Below, in pieces: positions 14,201 to 29,200 of a stretch of DNA of 64,000 bases (positions are counted from its first letter, which is position 1; every line of letters begins with the position of its first letter). The stretch lies in NCBI GenBank assembly GCA_964035545.1, contig CAXIUT010000103.1, forward strand, positions 674,001 through 738,000. Direction: 5' to 3'. Below the pieces are notes generated by a model. The model did no database searches. It worked only from the letters and a program-made list of their open reading frames with translations, and was not told where the DNA came from. Origin of the DNA: Bugula neritina (taxonomy: Eukaryota > Animalia > Bryozoa). Position numbers and translations under genes: made by a program.

Positions 14201-17200
14201 GCCAGATGTAACAAGTAGATCCAAAACAAGTTGATTAACAATTGAAGTTGAAATCTCCATGTAGTCAACACTTTAGTCCTAATGTCAAATGCAAACGTCT
14301 GCAATCAAACTGTGTAGACTTCATGAGCTGGTTAGCTGAAAGGACTCATTAAAGTTCTTAACTCTTGTGTGTATAGTGATGCCCATCTTGAACTAGAGAG
14401 GGCTGACTGAAGACTGCTACTTTGTGAAAATTGACAATGCATATTATTATTATTCATTGTTGAGATTCACGACTGCCATAAACAATGATAAAATATTCAT
14501 TGTTGGTACTACTGAGTAGAATAAAATATAATATAATATTATTTTCTGGACAAATAAATAATATCAAATGCATATTATAACTTACCATAAATCTACAGTG
14601 CTTCACATCTTCACTTTTTTCTGCAATGTTATTTCTTTGCAGTTAGAAGTACTAGTTGAAAATATGACTATGAAACATAACCCTTCAATTTCATTGCACC
14701 AGCACCAGTTGCAAGATAGGTGTGTTGGGAGTTATCTTTTCCAAAATTTTGTTCTTTGTGTTTATACGAAACAGACACAGGCTAATATTAGTTTTGTTAT
14801 TTGCAAGAGTTTTTCTGTCTGATTGTCCATCAGCAAAAGTTTGGCCTTGCAGTTATTATGGAAATACCAGTGATGCTGGAAGACCTTTGCATTGTACACC
14901 CGCTTTTACTATTGAATTTAGATGTTTTATTTTCCCATCCCCTCTCCTGCCCCCCCTGTCCCCTCTAACAACCAGCAATCCTGACTCATGTGAATTGTGT
15001 TATTGTTCTAGAGTTGGCCCATGGGCCTACAGTATACGATTTGAAGCTTTATAGTTTACAGGCAGTGGAGATGAGTCGCTGCTAAAACCCATTTTGTTAG
15101 TAGACTATATTGCTCTTCAATCATCAGTTTTCATATTAAAAGAGAAAGCTCATCTGCAGCGCCATTTCACAGTGTTTTATTTTGCTAGAGCAATAACTAA
15201 TTTTAGATGCCTTTGCAAACATATGAGAAATAAATGAGTGATTCTATGAAAAGAGGTGTTTGCAGCAATTGTCCACTTTTGATTTACAAGCGGCATGGAA
15301 ACTTTTGTAGTTTTAAATAATATCTCCAAACTCATCACTTGCATGTGTTTATAGACTTGATAAATTTTTTTATGCAAAACTTGATGCCTGCTTCAAAGAC
15401 ACCAGTGCTTAATTACTGTGTTAACTGTATTGGCACGTTGCCATGAGATATTTGGTAATATTTCGCATCACAACAAACTCTTCAGAAAGTTAAGAAAATC
15501 AGTCTAGAATGTTAATGAAATAAACCTACCAGAAAGAGTAAGCCAGATGTAACAAGTAGATCCAAAACAAGTTGATTAACAATTGAAGTTGAAATCTCCA
15601 TGTAGTCAACACTTTAGTCCTAATGTCAAATGCAAACGTCTGCAATCAAACTGTGTAGACTTCATGAGCTGGTTAGCTGAAAGGACTCATTAAAGTTCTT
15701 AACTCTTGTGTGTATAGTGATGCCCATCTTGAACTAGAGAGGGCTGACTGAAGACTGCTACTTTGTCAAAATTGACAATGCATATTATTATTATTCATTG
15801 TTGAGATTCACGACTGCCATAAACAATGATAAAATATTCATTGTTGGTAGTACTGATTAGAATAAAATATAATATAATATTATTTTCTGGACAAATAAAT
15901 AATATCAAATGCATATTATAACTTACCATAAATCTACTGTGCTTCACATCTTCACCTTTTTTTGCAATGTTATTTCTTTGCAGTTAGAAGTACTAGTTGA
16001 AAATATGACTATGAAACATAACCCTTCAATTTCATTGCACCAGCACCAGTTGCAAGATAGGTGTGTTGGGAGTTATCTTTCCCAAAATTTTGTTCTTGGT
16101 GTTTATACGAAGCAGACACAGGCTAATATTAGTTTTGTTATTTGTAAGAGTTTTTCTGTCTGATTGTCCATCAGCAAAAGTTTGGCCTTGCAGTTATTAA
16201 GGAAATACCAGTGATGCTGGAAGACCTTTGCATTGTACACCCGCTTTTACTATTGAATTTAGATGTTTTATTTTCCCATCCCCTCTCCTGCCCCCCCTGT
16301 CCCCTCTAACAACCAGCAATCCTGACTCATGTGAATTGTGTTATTGTTCTAGAGTTGGCCCATGGGCCTACAGTATACGATTTGAAGCTTTATAGTTTAC
16401 AGGCAGTGGAGATGAGTCGCTGCTAAAACCCATTTTGTTAGTAGACTATATTGCTCTTCAATCATCAGTTTTCATATTAAAAGAGAAAGCTCATCTGCAG
16501 CGCCATTTCACAGTGTTTTATTTTGCTAGAGCAATAACTAATTTTAGATGCCTTTGCAAACATATGAGAAATAAATGAGTGATTATATGAAAAGAGGTGT
16601 TTGCAGCAATTGTCCACTTTTGATTTACAAGCGGCATGGAAACTTTTGTAGTTTTAAATAATATCTCCAAACTCATCACTTGCATGTGTTTATAGACTTG
16701 ATAAATTTTTTTATGCAAAACTTGATGCCTGCTTCAAAGACACCAGTGCTTAATTACTGTGTTAACTGTATTGGCACGTTGCCATGAGATATTTGGTAAT
16801 ATTTCGCATCACAACAAACTCTTCAGAAAGTTAAGAAAATCAGTCTAGAAAGTTAATGAAAATAACCTACCAGAAAGAGTAAGCCAGATGTAACAAGTAG
16901 ATCCAAAACAAGTTGATTAACAATTGAAGTTGAAATCTCCATGTAGTCAACACTTTAGTCCTAATGTCAAATGCAAACGTCTGCAATCAAACTGTGTAGA
17001 CTTCATGAGCTGGTTAGCTGAAAGGACTCATTAAAGTTCTTAACTCTTGTGTGTATAGTGATGCCCATCTTGAACTAGAGAGGGCTGACTGAAGACTGCT
17101 ACTTTGTGAAAATTGACAATGCATATTATTATTATTCATTGTTGAGATTCACGACTGCCATAAACAATGATAAAATATTCATTGTTGGTAGTACTGAGTA

Positions 17201-20200
17201 GAATAAAATATAATATAATATTATTTTCTGGACAAATAAATAATATCAAATGCATATTATAACTTACCATAAATCTACTGTGCTTCACATCTTCACCTTT
17301 TTCTGCAATGTTATTTCTTTGCAGTTAGAAGTACTAGTTGAAAATATGACTATGAAACATAACCCTTCAATTTCATTGCACCAGCACCAGTTGCAAGATA
17401 GGTGTGTTGGGAGTTATCTTTCCCAAAATTTTGTTCTTGGTGTTTATACGAAGCAGACACAGGCTAATATTAGTTTTGTTATTTGTAAGAGTTTTTCTGT
17501 CTGATTGTCCATCAGCAAAAGTTTGGCCTTGCAGTTATTATGGAAATACCAGTGATGCTGGAAGACCTTTGCATTGTACACCCGCTTTTACTATTGAATT
17601 TAGATGTTTTATTTTCCCATCCCCTCTCCTGCCCCCCCTGTCCCCTCTAACAACCAGCAATCCTGACTCATGTGAATTGTGTTATTGTTCTAGAGTTGGC
17701 CCATGGGCCTACAGTATACGATTTGAAGCTTTATAGTTTACAGGCAGTGGAGATGAGTCGCTGCTAAAACCCATTTTGTTAGTAGACTATATTGCTCTTC
17801 AATCATCAGTTTTCATATTAAAAGAGAAAGCTCATCTGCAGCGCCATTTCACAGTGTTTTATTTTGCTAGAGCAATAACTAATTTTAGATGCCTTTGCAA
17901 ACATATGAGAAATAAATGAGTGATTCTATGAAAAGAGGTGTTTGCAGCAATTGTCCACTTTTGATTTACAAGCGGCATGGAAACTTTTGTAGTTTTAAAT
18001 AATATCTCCAAACTCATCACTTGCATGTGTTTATAGACTTGATAAATTTTTTTATGCAAAACTTGATGCCTGCTTCAAAGACACCAGTGCTTAATTACTG
18101 TGTTAACTGTATTGGCACGTTGCCATGAGATATTTGGTAATATTTCGCATCACAACAAACTCTTCAGAAAGTTAAGAAAATCAGTCTAGAAAGTTAATGA
18201 AATAAACCTACCAGAAAGAGTAAGCCAGATGTAACAAGTAGATCCAAAACAAGTTGATTAACAATTGAAGTTGAAATCTCCATGTAGTCAACACTTTAGT
18301 CCTAATGTCAAATGCAAACGTCTGCAATCAAACTGTGTAGACTTCATGAGCTGGTTAGCTGAAAGGACTCATTAAAGTTCTTAACTCTTGTGTGTATAGT
18401 GATGCCCATCTTGAACTAGAGAGGGCTGACTGAAGACTGCTACTTTGTGAAAATTGACAATGCATATTATTATTATTCATTGTTGAGATTCACGACTGCC
18501 ATAAACAATGATAAAATATTCATTGTTGGTAGTACTGAGTAGAATAAAATATAATATAATATTATTTTCTGGACAAATAAATAATATCAAATGCATATTA
18601 TAACTTACCATAAATCTACTGTGCTTCACATCTTCACCTTTTTCTGCAATGTTATTTCTTTGCAGTTAGAAGTACTAGTTGAAAATATGACTATGAAACA
18701 TAACCCTTCAATTTCATTGCACCAGCACCAGTTGCAAGATAGGTGTGTTGGGCGTTATCTTTCCCAAAATTTTGTTCTTTGTGTTTATACGAAGCAGACA
18801 CAGGCTAATATTAGTTTTGTCATTTGCAAGAGTTTTTCTGTCTGATTGTCCATCAGCAAAAGTTTGGCCTTGCAGTTATTATGGAAATACCAGTGGTGCT
18901 GGAAGACCTTTGCATTGTACACCCGCTTTTACTATTGAATTTAGATGTTTTATTTTCCCATCCCCTCTCCTGCCCCCCCTGTCCCCTCTAACAACCAGCA
19001 ATCCTGACTCATGTGAATTGTGTTATTGTTCTAGAGTTGGCCCATGGGCCTACAGTATACGATTTGAAGCTTTATAGTTTACAGGCAGTGGAGATGAGTC
19101 ACTGCTAAAACCCATTTTGTTAGTAGACTATATTGCTCTTCAATCATCAGTTTTCATATTAAAAGAGAAAGCTCATCTGCAGCGCCATTTCACAGTGTTT
19201 TATTTTGCTAGAGCAATAACTAATTTTAGATGCCTTTGCAAACATATGAGAAATAAATGAGTGATTCTATGAAAAGAGGTGTTTGCAGCAATTGTCCACT
19301 TTTGATTTACAAGCGGCATGGAAACTTTTGTAGTTTTAAATAATATCTCCAAACTCATCACTTGCATGTGTTTATAGACTTGATAAATTTTTTCATGCAA
19401 AACTTGATGCCTGCTTCAAAGACACCAGTGCTTAATTACTGTGTTAACTGTATTGGCACGTTGCCATGAGATATTTGGTAATATTTCGCATCACAACAAA
19501 CTCTTCAGAAAGTTAAGAAAATCAGTCTAGAAAGTTAATGAAATAAACCTACCAGAAAGAGTAAGCCAGATGTAACAAGTAGATCCAAAACAAGTTGATT
19601 AACAATTGAAGTTGAAATCTCCATGTAGTCAACACTTTAGTCCTAATGTCAAATGCAAACGTCTGCAATCAAACTGTGTAGACTTCATGAGCTGGTTAGC
19701 TGAAAGGACTCATTAAAGTTCTTAACTCTTGTGTGTATAGTGATGCCCATCTTGAACTAGAGAGGGCTGACTGAAGACTGCTACTTTGTGAAAATTGACA
19801 ATGCATATTATTATTATTCATTGTTGAGATTCACGACTGCCATAAACAATGATAAAATATTCATTGTTGGTACTACTGAGTAGAATAAAATATAATATAA
19901 TATTATTTTCTGGACAAATAAATAATATCAAATGCATATTATAACTTACCATAAATCTACAGTGCTTCACATCTTCACTTTTTTCTGCAATGTTATTTCT
20001 TTGCAGTTAGAAGTACTAGTTGAAAATATGACTATGAAACATAACCCTTCAATTTCATTGCACCAGCACCAGTTGCAAGATAGGTGTGTTGGGAGTTATC
20101 TTTTCCAAAATTTTGTTCTTTGTGTTTATACGAAACAGACACAGGCTAATATTAGTTTTGTTATTTGTAAGAGTTTTTCTGTCTGATTGTCCATCAGCAA

Positions 20201-23200
20201 AAGTTTGGCCTTGCAGTTATTATGGAAATACCAGTGATGCTGGAAGACCTTTGCATTGTACACCCGCTTTTACTATTGAATTTAGATGTTTTATTTTTCC
20301 ATCCCCTCTCCTGCCCCCCCTGTCCCCTCTAACAACCAGCAATCCTGACTCATGTGAATTGTGTTATTGTTCTAGAGTTGGCCCATGGGCCTACAGTATA
20401 CGATTTGAAGCTTTATAGTTTACAGGCAGTGGAGATGAGTCACTGCTAAAACCCATTTTGTTAGTAGACTATATTGCTCTTCAATCATCAGTTTTCATAT
20501 TAAAAGAGAAAGCTCATCTGCAGCGCCATTTCACAGTGTTTTATTTTGCTAGAGCAATAACTAATTTTAGATGCCTTTGCAAACATATGAGAAATAAATG
20601 AGTGATTCTATGAAAAGAGGTGTTTGCAGCAATTGTCCACTTTTGATTTACAAGCGGCATGGAAACTTTTGTAGTTTTAAATAATATCTCCAAACTCATC
20701 ACTTGCATGTGTTTATAGACTTGATAAATTTTTTTATGCAAAACTTGATGCCTGCTTCAAAGACACCAGTGCTTAATTACTGTGTTAACTGTATTGGCAC
20801 GTTGCCATGAGATATTTGGTAATATTTCGCATCACAACAAACTCTTCAGAAAGTTAAGAAAATCAGTCTAGAATGTTAATGAAATAAACCTACCAGAAAG
20901 AGTAAGCCAGATGTAACAAGTAGATCCAAAACAAGTTGATTAACAATTGAAGTTGAAATCTCCATGTAGTCAACACTTTAGTCCTAATGTCAAATGCAAA
21001 CGTCTGCAATCAAACTGTGTAGACTTCATGAGCTGGTTAGCTGAAAGGACTCATTAAAGTTCTTAACTCTTGTGTGTATAGTGATGCCCATCTTGAACTA
21101 GAGAGGGCTGACTGAAGACTGCTACTTTGTGAAAATTGACAATGCATATTATTATTATTCATTGTTGAGATTCACGACTGCCATAAACAATGATAAAATA
21201 TTCATTGTTGGTAGTACTGAGTAGAATAAAATATAATATAATATTATTTTCTGGACAAATAAATAATATCAAATGCATATTATAACTTACCATAAATCTA
21301 CTGTGCTTCACATCTTCACCTTTTTCTGCAATGTTATTTCTTTGCAGTTAGAAGTACTAGTTGAAAATATGACTATGAAACATAACCCTTCAATTTCATT
21401 GCACCAGCACCAGTTGCAAGATAGGTGTGTTGGGCGTTATCTTTCCCAAAATTTTGTTCTTTGTGTTTATACGAAGCAGACACAGGCTAATATTAGTTTT
21501 GTTATTTGCAAGAGTTTTTCTGTCTGATTGTCCATCAGCAAAAGTTTGGCCTTGCAGTTATTATGGAAATACCAGTGATGCTGGAAGACCTTTGCATTGT
21601 ACACCCGCTTTTACTATTGAATTTAGATGTTTTATTTTCCCATCCCCTCTCCTGCCCCCCCTGTCCCCTCTAACAACCAGCAATCCTGACTCATGTGAAT
21701 TGTGTTATTGTTCTAGAGTTGGCCCATGGGCCTACAGTATACGATTTGAAGCTTTATAGTTTACAGGCAGTGGAGATGAGTCACTGCTAAAACCCGTTTT
21801 GTTAGTAGACTATATTGCTCTTCAATCATCAGTTTTCATATTAAAAGAGAAAGCTCATCTGCAGCGCCATTTCACAGTGTTTTATTTTGCTAGAGCAATA
21901 ACTAATTTTAGATGCCTTTGCAAACATATGAGAAATAAATGAGTGATTCTATGAAAAGAGGTGTTTGCAGCAATTGTCCACTTTTGATTTACAAGCGGCA
22001 TGGAAACTTTTGTAGTTTTAAATAATATCTCCAAACTCATCACTTGCATGTGTTTATAGACTTGATAAATTTTTTTATGCAAAACTTGATGCCTGCTTCA
22101 AAGACACCAGTGCTTAATTACTGTGTTAACTGTATTGGCACGTTGCCATGAGATATTTGGTAATATTTCGCATCACAACAAACTCTTCAGAAAGTTAAGA
22201 AAATCAGTCTAGAAAGTTAATGAAATAAACCTACCAGAAAGAGTAAGCCAGATGTAACAAGTAGATCCAAAACAAGTTGATTAACAATTGAAGTTGAAAT
22301 CTCCATGTAGTCAACACTTTAGTCCTAATGTCAAATGCAAACGTCTGCAATCAAACTGTGTAGACTTCATGAGCTGGTTAGCTGAAAGGACTCATTAAAG
22401 TTCTTAACTCTTGTGTGTATAGTGATGCCCATCTTGAACTAGAGAGGGCTGACTGAAGACTGCTACTTTGTGAAAATTGACAATGCATATTATTATTATT
22501 CATTGTTGAGATTCACGACTGCCATAAACAATGATAAAATATTCATTGTTGGTACTACTGAGTAGAATAAAATATAATATAATATTATTTTCTGGACAAA
22601 TAAATAATATCAAATGCATATTATAACTTACCATAAATCTACAGTGCTTCACATCTTCACTTTTTTCTGCAATGTTATTTCTTTGCAGTTAGAAGTACTA
22701 GTTGAAAATATGACTATGAAACATAACCCTTCAATTTCATTGCACCAGCACCAGTTGCAAGATAGGTGTGTTGGGAGTTATCTTTTCCAAAATTTTGTTC
22801 TTTGTGTTTATACGAAACAGACACAGGCTAATATTAGTTTTGTTATTTGTAAGAGTTTTTCTGTCTGATTGTCCATCAGCAAAAGTTTGGCCTTGCAGTT
22901 ATTATGGAAATACCAGTGATGCTGGAAGACCTTTGCATTGTACACCCGCTTTTACTATTGAATTTAGATGTTTTATTTTCCCATCCCCTCTCCTGCCCCC
23001 CCTGTCCCCTCTAACAACCAGCAATCCTGACTCATGTGAATTGTGTTATTGTTCTAGAGTTGGCCCATGGGCCTACAGTATACGATTTGAAGCTTTATAG
23101 TTTACAGGCAGTGGAGATGAGTCGCTGCTAAAACCCATTTTGTTAGTAGACTATATTGCTCTTCAATCATCAGTTTTCATATTAAAAGAGAAAGCTCATC

Positions 23201-26200
23201 TGCAGCGCCATTTCACAGTGTTTTATTTTGCTAGAGCAATAACTAATTTTAGATGCCTTTGCAAACATATGAGAAATAAATGAGTGATTCTATGAAAAGA
23301 GGTGTTTGCAGCAATTGTCCACTTTTGATTTACAAGCGGCATGGAAACTTTTGTAGTTTTAAATAATATCTCCAAACTCATCACTTGCATGTGTTTATAG
23401 ACTTGATAAATTTTTTTATGCAAAACTTGATGCCTGCTTCAAAGACACCAGTGCTTAATTACTGTGTTAACTGTATTGGCACGTTGCCATGAGATATTTG
23501 GTAATATTTCGCATCACAACAAACTCTTCAGAAAGTTAAGAAAATCAGTCTAGAATGTTAATGAAATAAACCTACCAGAAAGAGTAAGCCAGATGTAACA
23601 AGTAGATCCAAAACAAGTTGATTAACAATTGAAGTTGAAATCTCCATGTAGTCAACACTTTAGTCCTAATGTCAAATGCAAACGTCTGCAATCAAACTGT
23701 GTAGACTTCATGAGCTGGTTAGCTGAAAGGACTCATTAAAGTTCTTAACTCTTGTGTGTATAGTGATGCCCATCTTGAACTAGAGAGGGCTGACTGAAGA
23801 CTGCTACTTTGTGAAAATTGACAATGCATATTATTATTATTCATTGTTGAGATTCACGACTGCCATAAACAATGATAAAATATTCATTGTTGGTAGTACT
23901 GAGTAGAATAAAATATAATATAATATTATTTTCTGGACAAATAAATAATATCAAATGCATATTATAACTTACCATAAATCTACTGTGCTTCACATCTTCA
24001 CCTTTTTCTGCAATGTTATTTCTTTGCAGTTAGAAGTACTAGTTGAAAATGTGACTATGAAACATAACCCTTCAATTTCATTGCACCAGCACCAGTTGCA
24101 AGATAGGTGTGTTGGGAGTTATCTTTCCCAAAATTTTGTTCTTGGTGTTTATACGAAGCAGACACAGGCTAATATTAGTTTTGTTATTTGTAAGAGTTTT
24201 TCTGTCTGATTGTCCATCAGCAAAAGTTTGGCCTTGCAGTTATTATGGAAATACCAGTGATGCTGGAAGACCTTTGCATTGTACACCCGCTTTTACTATT
24301 GAATTTAGATGTTTTATTTTCCCATCCCCTCTCCTGCCCCCCCTGTCCCCTCTAACAACCAGCAATCCTGACTCATGTGAATTGTGTTATTGTTCTAGAG
24401 TTGGCCCATGGGCCTACAGTATACGATTTGAAGCTTTATAGTTTACAGGCAGTGGAGATGAGTCACTGCTAAAACCCATTTTGTTAGTAGACTATATTGC
24501 TCTTCAATCATCAGTTTTCATATTAAAAGAGAAAGCTCATCTGCAGCGCCATTTCACAGTGTTTTATTTTGCTAGAGCAATAACTAATTTTAGATGCCTT
24601 TGCAAACATATGAGAAATAAATGAGTGATTCTATGAAAAGAGGTGTTTGCAGCAATTGTCCACTTTTGATTTACAAGCGGCATGGAAACTTTTGTAGTTT
24701 TAAATAATATCTCCAAACTCATCACTTGCATGTGTTTATAGACTTGATAAATTTTTTTATGCAAAACTTGATGCCTGCTTCAAAGACACCAGTGCTTAAT
24801 TACTGTGTTAACTGTATTGGCACGTTGCCATGAGATATTTGGTAATATTTCGCATCACAACAAACTCTTCAGAAAGTTAAGAAAATCAGTCTAGAATGTT
24901 AATGAAATAAACCTACCAGAAAGAGTAAGCCAGATGTAACAAGTAGATCCAAAACAAGTTGATTAACAATTGAAGTTGAAATCTCCATGTAGTCAACACT
25001 TTAGTCCTAATGTCAAATGCAAACGTCTGCAATCAAACTGTGTAGACTTCATGAGCTGGTTAGCTGAAAGGACTCATTAAAGTTCTTAACTCTTGTGTGT
25101 ATAGTGATGCCCATCTTGAACTAGAGAGGGCTGACTGAAGACTGCTACTTTGTGAAAATTGACAATGCATATTATTATTATTCATTGTTGAGATTCACGA
25201 CTGCCATAAACAATGATAAAATATTCATTGTTGGTAGTACTGAGTAGAATAAAATATAATATAATATTATTTTCTGGACAAATAAATAATATCAAATGCA
25301 TATTATAACTTACCATAAATCTACTGTGCTTCACATCTTCACCTTTTTCTGCAATGTTATTTCTTTGCAGTTAGAAGTACTAGTTGAAAATATGACTATG
25401 AAACATAACCCTTCAATTTCATTGCACCAGCACCAGTTGCAAGATAGGTGTGTTGGGAGTTATCTTTCCCAAAATTTTGTTCTTGGTGTTTATACGAAGC
25501 AGACACAGGCTAATATTAGTTTTGTTATTTGTAAGAGTTTTTCTGTCTGATTGTCCATCAGCAAAAGTTTGGCCTTGCAGTTATTATGGAAATACCAGTG
25601 ATGCTGGAAGACCTTTGCATTGTACACCCGCTTTTACTATTGAATTTAGATGTTTTATTTTCCCATCCCCTCTCCTGCCCCCCCTGTCCCCTCTAACAAC
25701 CAGCAATCCTGACTCATGTGAATTGTGTTATTGTTCTAGAGTTGGCCCATGGGCCTACAGTATACGATTTGAAGCTTTATAGTTTACAGGCAGTGGAGAT
25801 GAGTCGCTGCTAAAACCCATTTTGTTAGTAGACTATATTGCTCTTCAATCATCAGTTTTCATATTAAAAGAGAAAGCTCATCTGCAGCGCCATTTCACAG
25901 TGTTTTATTTTGCTAGAGCAATAACTAATTTTAGATGCCTTTGCAAACATATGAGAAATAAATGAGTGATTCTATGAAAAGAGGTGTTTGCAGCAATTGT
26001 CCACTTTTGATTTACAAGCGGCATGGAAACTTTTGTAGTTTTAAATAATATCTCCAAACTCATCACTTGCATGTGTTTATAGACTTGATAAATTTTTTTA
26101 TGCAAAACTTGATGCCTGCTTCAAAGACACCAGTGCTTAATTACTGTGTTAACTGTATTGGCACGTTGCCATGAGATATTTGGTAATATTTCGCATCACA

Positions 26201-29200
26201 ACAAACTCTTCAGAAAGTTAAGAAAATCAGTCTAGAAAGTTAATGAAATAAACCTACCAGAAAGAGTAAGCCAGATGTAACAAGTAGATCCAAAACAAGT
26301 TGATTAACAATTGAAGTTGAAATCTCCATGTAGTCAACACTTTAGTCCTAATGTCAAATGCAAACGTCTGCAATCAAACTGTGTAGACTTCATGAGCTGG
26401 TTAGCTGAAAGGACTCATTAAAGTTCTTAACTCTTGTGTGTATAGTGATGCCCATCTTGAACTAGAGAGGGCTGACTGAAGACTGCTACTTTGTGTAAAT
26501 TGACAATGCATATTATTATTATTCATTGTTGAGATTCACGACTGCCATAAACAATGATAAAATATTCATTGTTGGTACTACTGAGTAGAATAAAATATAA
26601 TATAATATTATTTTCTGGACAAATAAATAATATCAAATGCATATTATAACTTACCATAAATCTACAGTGCTTCACATCTTCACTTTTTTCTGCAATGTTA
26701 TTTCTTTGCAGTTAGAAGTACTAGTTGAAAATATGACTATGAAACATAACCCTTCAATTTCATTGCACCAGCACCAGTTGCAAGATAGGTGTGTTGGGAG
26801 TTATCTTTTCCAAAATTTTGTTCTTTGTGTTTATACGAAACAGACACAGGCTAATATTAGTTTTGTTATTTGTAAGAGTTTTTCTGTCTGATTGTCCATC
26901 AGCAAAAGTTTGGCCTTGCAGTTATTATGGAAATACCAGTGATGCTGGAAGACCTTTGCATTGTACACCCGCTTTTACTATTGAATTTAGATGTTTTATT
27001 TTCCCATCCCCTCTCCTGCCCCCCCTGTCCCCTCTAACAACCAGCAATCCTGACTCATGTGAATTGTGTTATTGTTCTAGAGTTGGCCCATGGGCCTACA
27101 GTATACGATTTGAAGCTTTATAGTTTACAGGCAGTGGAGATGAGTCGCTGCTAAAACCCATTTTGTTAGTAGACTATATTGCTCTTCAATCATCAGTTTT
27201 CATATTAAAAGAGAAAGCTCATCTGCAGCGCCATTTCACAGTGTTTTATTTTGCTAGAGCAATAACTAATTTTAGATGCCTTTGCAAACATATGAGAAAT
27301 AAATGAGTGATTCTATGAAAAGAGGTGTTTGCAGCAATTGTCCACTTTTGATTTACAAGCGGCATGGAAACTTTTGTAGTTTTAAATAATATCTCCAAAC
27401 TCATCACTTGCATGTGTTTATAGACTTGATAAATTTTTTTATGCAAAACTTGATGCCTGCTTCAAAGACACCAGTGCTTAATTACTGTGTTAACTGTATT
27501 GGCACGTTGCCATGAGATATTTGGTAATATTTCGCATCACAACAAACTCTTCAGAAAGTTAAGAAAATCAGTCTAGAATGTTAATGAAATAAACCTACCA
27601 GAAAGAGTAAGCCAGATGTAACAAGTAGATCCAAAACAAGTTGATTAACAATTGAAGTTGAAATCTCCATGTAGTCAACACTTTAGTCCTAATGTCAAAT
27701 GCAAACGTCTGCAATCAAACTGTGTAGACTTCATGAGCTGGTTAGCTGAAAGGACTCATTAAAGTTCTTAACTCTTGTGTGTATAGTGATGCCCATCTTG
27801 AACTAGAGAGGGCTGACTGAAGACTGCTACTTTGTGAAAATTGACAATGCATATTATTATTATTCATTGTTGAGATTCACGACTGCCATAAACAATGATA
27901 AAATATTCATTGTTGGTAGTACTGAGTAGAATAAAATATAATATAATATTATTTTCTGGACAAATAAATAATATCAAATGCATATTATAACTTACCATAA
28001 ATCTACTGTGCTTCACATCTTCACCTTTTTCTGCAATGTTATTTCTTTGCAGTTAGAAGTACTAGTTGAAAATGTGACTATGAAACATAACCCTTCAATT
28101 TCATTGCACCAGCACCAGTTGCAAGATAGGTGTGTTGGGAGTTATCTTTCCCAAAATTTTGTTCTTGGTGTTTATACGAAGCAGACACAGGCTAATATTA
28201 GTTTTGTTATTTGTAAGAGTTTTTCTGTCTGATTGTCCATCAGCAAAAGTTTGGCCTTGCAGTTATTATGGAAATACCAGTGATGCTGGAAGACCTTTGC
28301 ATTGTACACCCGCTTTTACTATTGAATTTAGATGTTTTATTTTCCCATCCCCTCTCCTGCCCCCCCTGTCCCCTCTAACAACCAGCAATCCTGACTCATG
28401 TGAATTGTGTTATTGTTCTAGAGTTGGCCCATGGGCCTACAGTATACGATTTGAAGCTTTATAGTTTACAGGCAGTGGAGATGAGTCACTGCTAAAACCC
28501 ATTTTGTTAGTAGACTATATTGCTCTTCAATCATCAGTTTTCATATTAAAAGAGAAAGCTCATCTGCAGCGCCATTTCACAGTGTTTTATTTTGCTAGAG
28601 CAATAACTAATTTTAGATGCCTTTGCAAACATATGAGAAATAAATGAGTGATTCTATGAAAAGAGGTGTTTGCAGCAATTGTCCACTTTTGATTTACAAG
28701 CGGCATGGAAACTTTTGTAGTTTTAAATAATATCTCCAAACTCATCACTTGCATGTGTTTATAGACTTGATAAATTTTTTTATGCAAAACTTGATGCCTG
28801 CTTCAAAGACACCAGTGCTTAATTACTGTGTTAACTGTATTGGCACGTTGCCATGAGATATTTGGTAATATTTCGCATCACAACAAACTCTTCAGAAAGT
28901 TAAGAAAATCAGTCTAGAATGTTAATGAAATAAACCTACCAGAAAGAGTAAGCCAGATGTAACAAGTAGATCCAAAACAAGTTGATTAACAATTGAAGTT
29001 GAAATCTCCATGTAGTCAACACTTTAGTCCTAATGTCAAATGCAAACGTCTGCAATCAAACTGTGTAGACTTCATGAGCTGGTTAGCTGAAAGGACTCAT
29101 TAAAGTTCTTAACTCTTGTGTGTATAGTGATGCCCATCTTGAACTAGAGAGGGCTGACTGAAGACTGCTACTTTGTGAAAATTGACAATGCATATTATTA

